64,000 nt of DNA from the NCBI GenBank assembly GCA_964057225.1, contig OZ059897.1, forward strand, positions 12,152,001 to 12,216,000. The letters are read 5' to 3'. The position numbers and the translations under genes were made by a program. A model generated the notes under the pieces. The model worked only from the letters and a program-made list of their open reading frames with translations, made no database searches and was not told where the DNA came from. This stretch comes from Auanema rhodensis (Eukaryota; Animalia; Nematoda). Positions 63,770-64,000 of this stretch are shown here, piece by piece (position 1 is the stretch's first letter; each line of letters starts with the position of its first letter).

Positions 63770-64000
63770 TATACACATTATTAGAAATATGTATTAATAT
63801 ATATGCAGATTCATAAATGTTTCATTTCATTCGCTCTAAAACTATTTTCCTAAATTACTTCCAAATTTTCTGAATAGCTTACAAGTTTTTTTTTCAAAAT
63901 TACAAATAGCACATATTTGTATGGAAATACATGTTTGAGTGTAATTGATGAAGGTAGAAGTCCCGGAAGTCCTTAGTATTCTGTCCACTCTACTGATGGA

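Noticed and set aside
1-64000. tRNA, rRNA, snRNA genes and CRISPR arrays
   Set aside because: No cloverleaf, rRNA-like GC-rich block or regularly spaced direct repeats were seen, and the window is eukaryotic.

Overview
This is AT-rich (roughly 28-30% GC by eye) eukaryotic DNA from a nematode, probably a rhabditid. The evidence is short 40-60 nt GT-AG introns, a cuticle collagen, serpentine chemoreceptors and a CCM-3 close to the C. elegans protein. The ORF track fragments every gene, so gene models were spliced by hand. From left to right: an Srh-like chemoreceptor; a compact + strand cluster of an S10 serine carboxypeptidase and three secreted saposin-like (SAPLIP/caenopore-type) genes; a col-12/13-type collagen (-); a small disordered, motif-rich protein of unknown family (-) followed by about 19 kb with no recognisable gene; a PLEKHM1/cup-14-like RUN + Rubicon-homology gene (-) divergent from a ccm-3/taf-13 pair that is probably an operon; an Srg-like chemoreceptor; a two-PAN/Apple-domain secreted protein (-); and a mariner remnant. 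Intergenic DNA carries many heavily decayed RTE-type LINE fragments. The best candidate for a novel system is the 4.9-10.1 kb cluster. One saposin is fused to eight Gly-rich 11-mer amphipathic repeats ending in a GKR amidation signal. Another is a strongly cationic saposin flanked by acidic pro-regions. Both sit next to a carboxypeptidase of the same family as yeast Kex1. Also notable, about 18% of the introns modelled use AAG 3' splice sites. All homology calls come from remembered motifs, not database searches.
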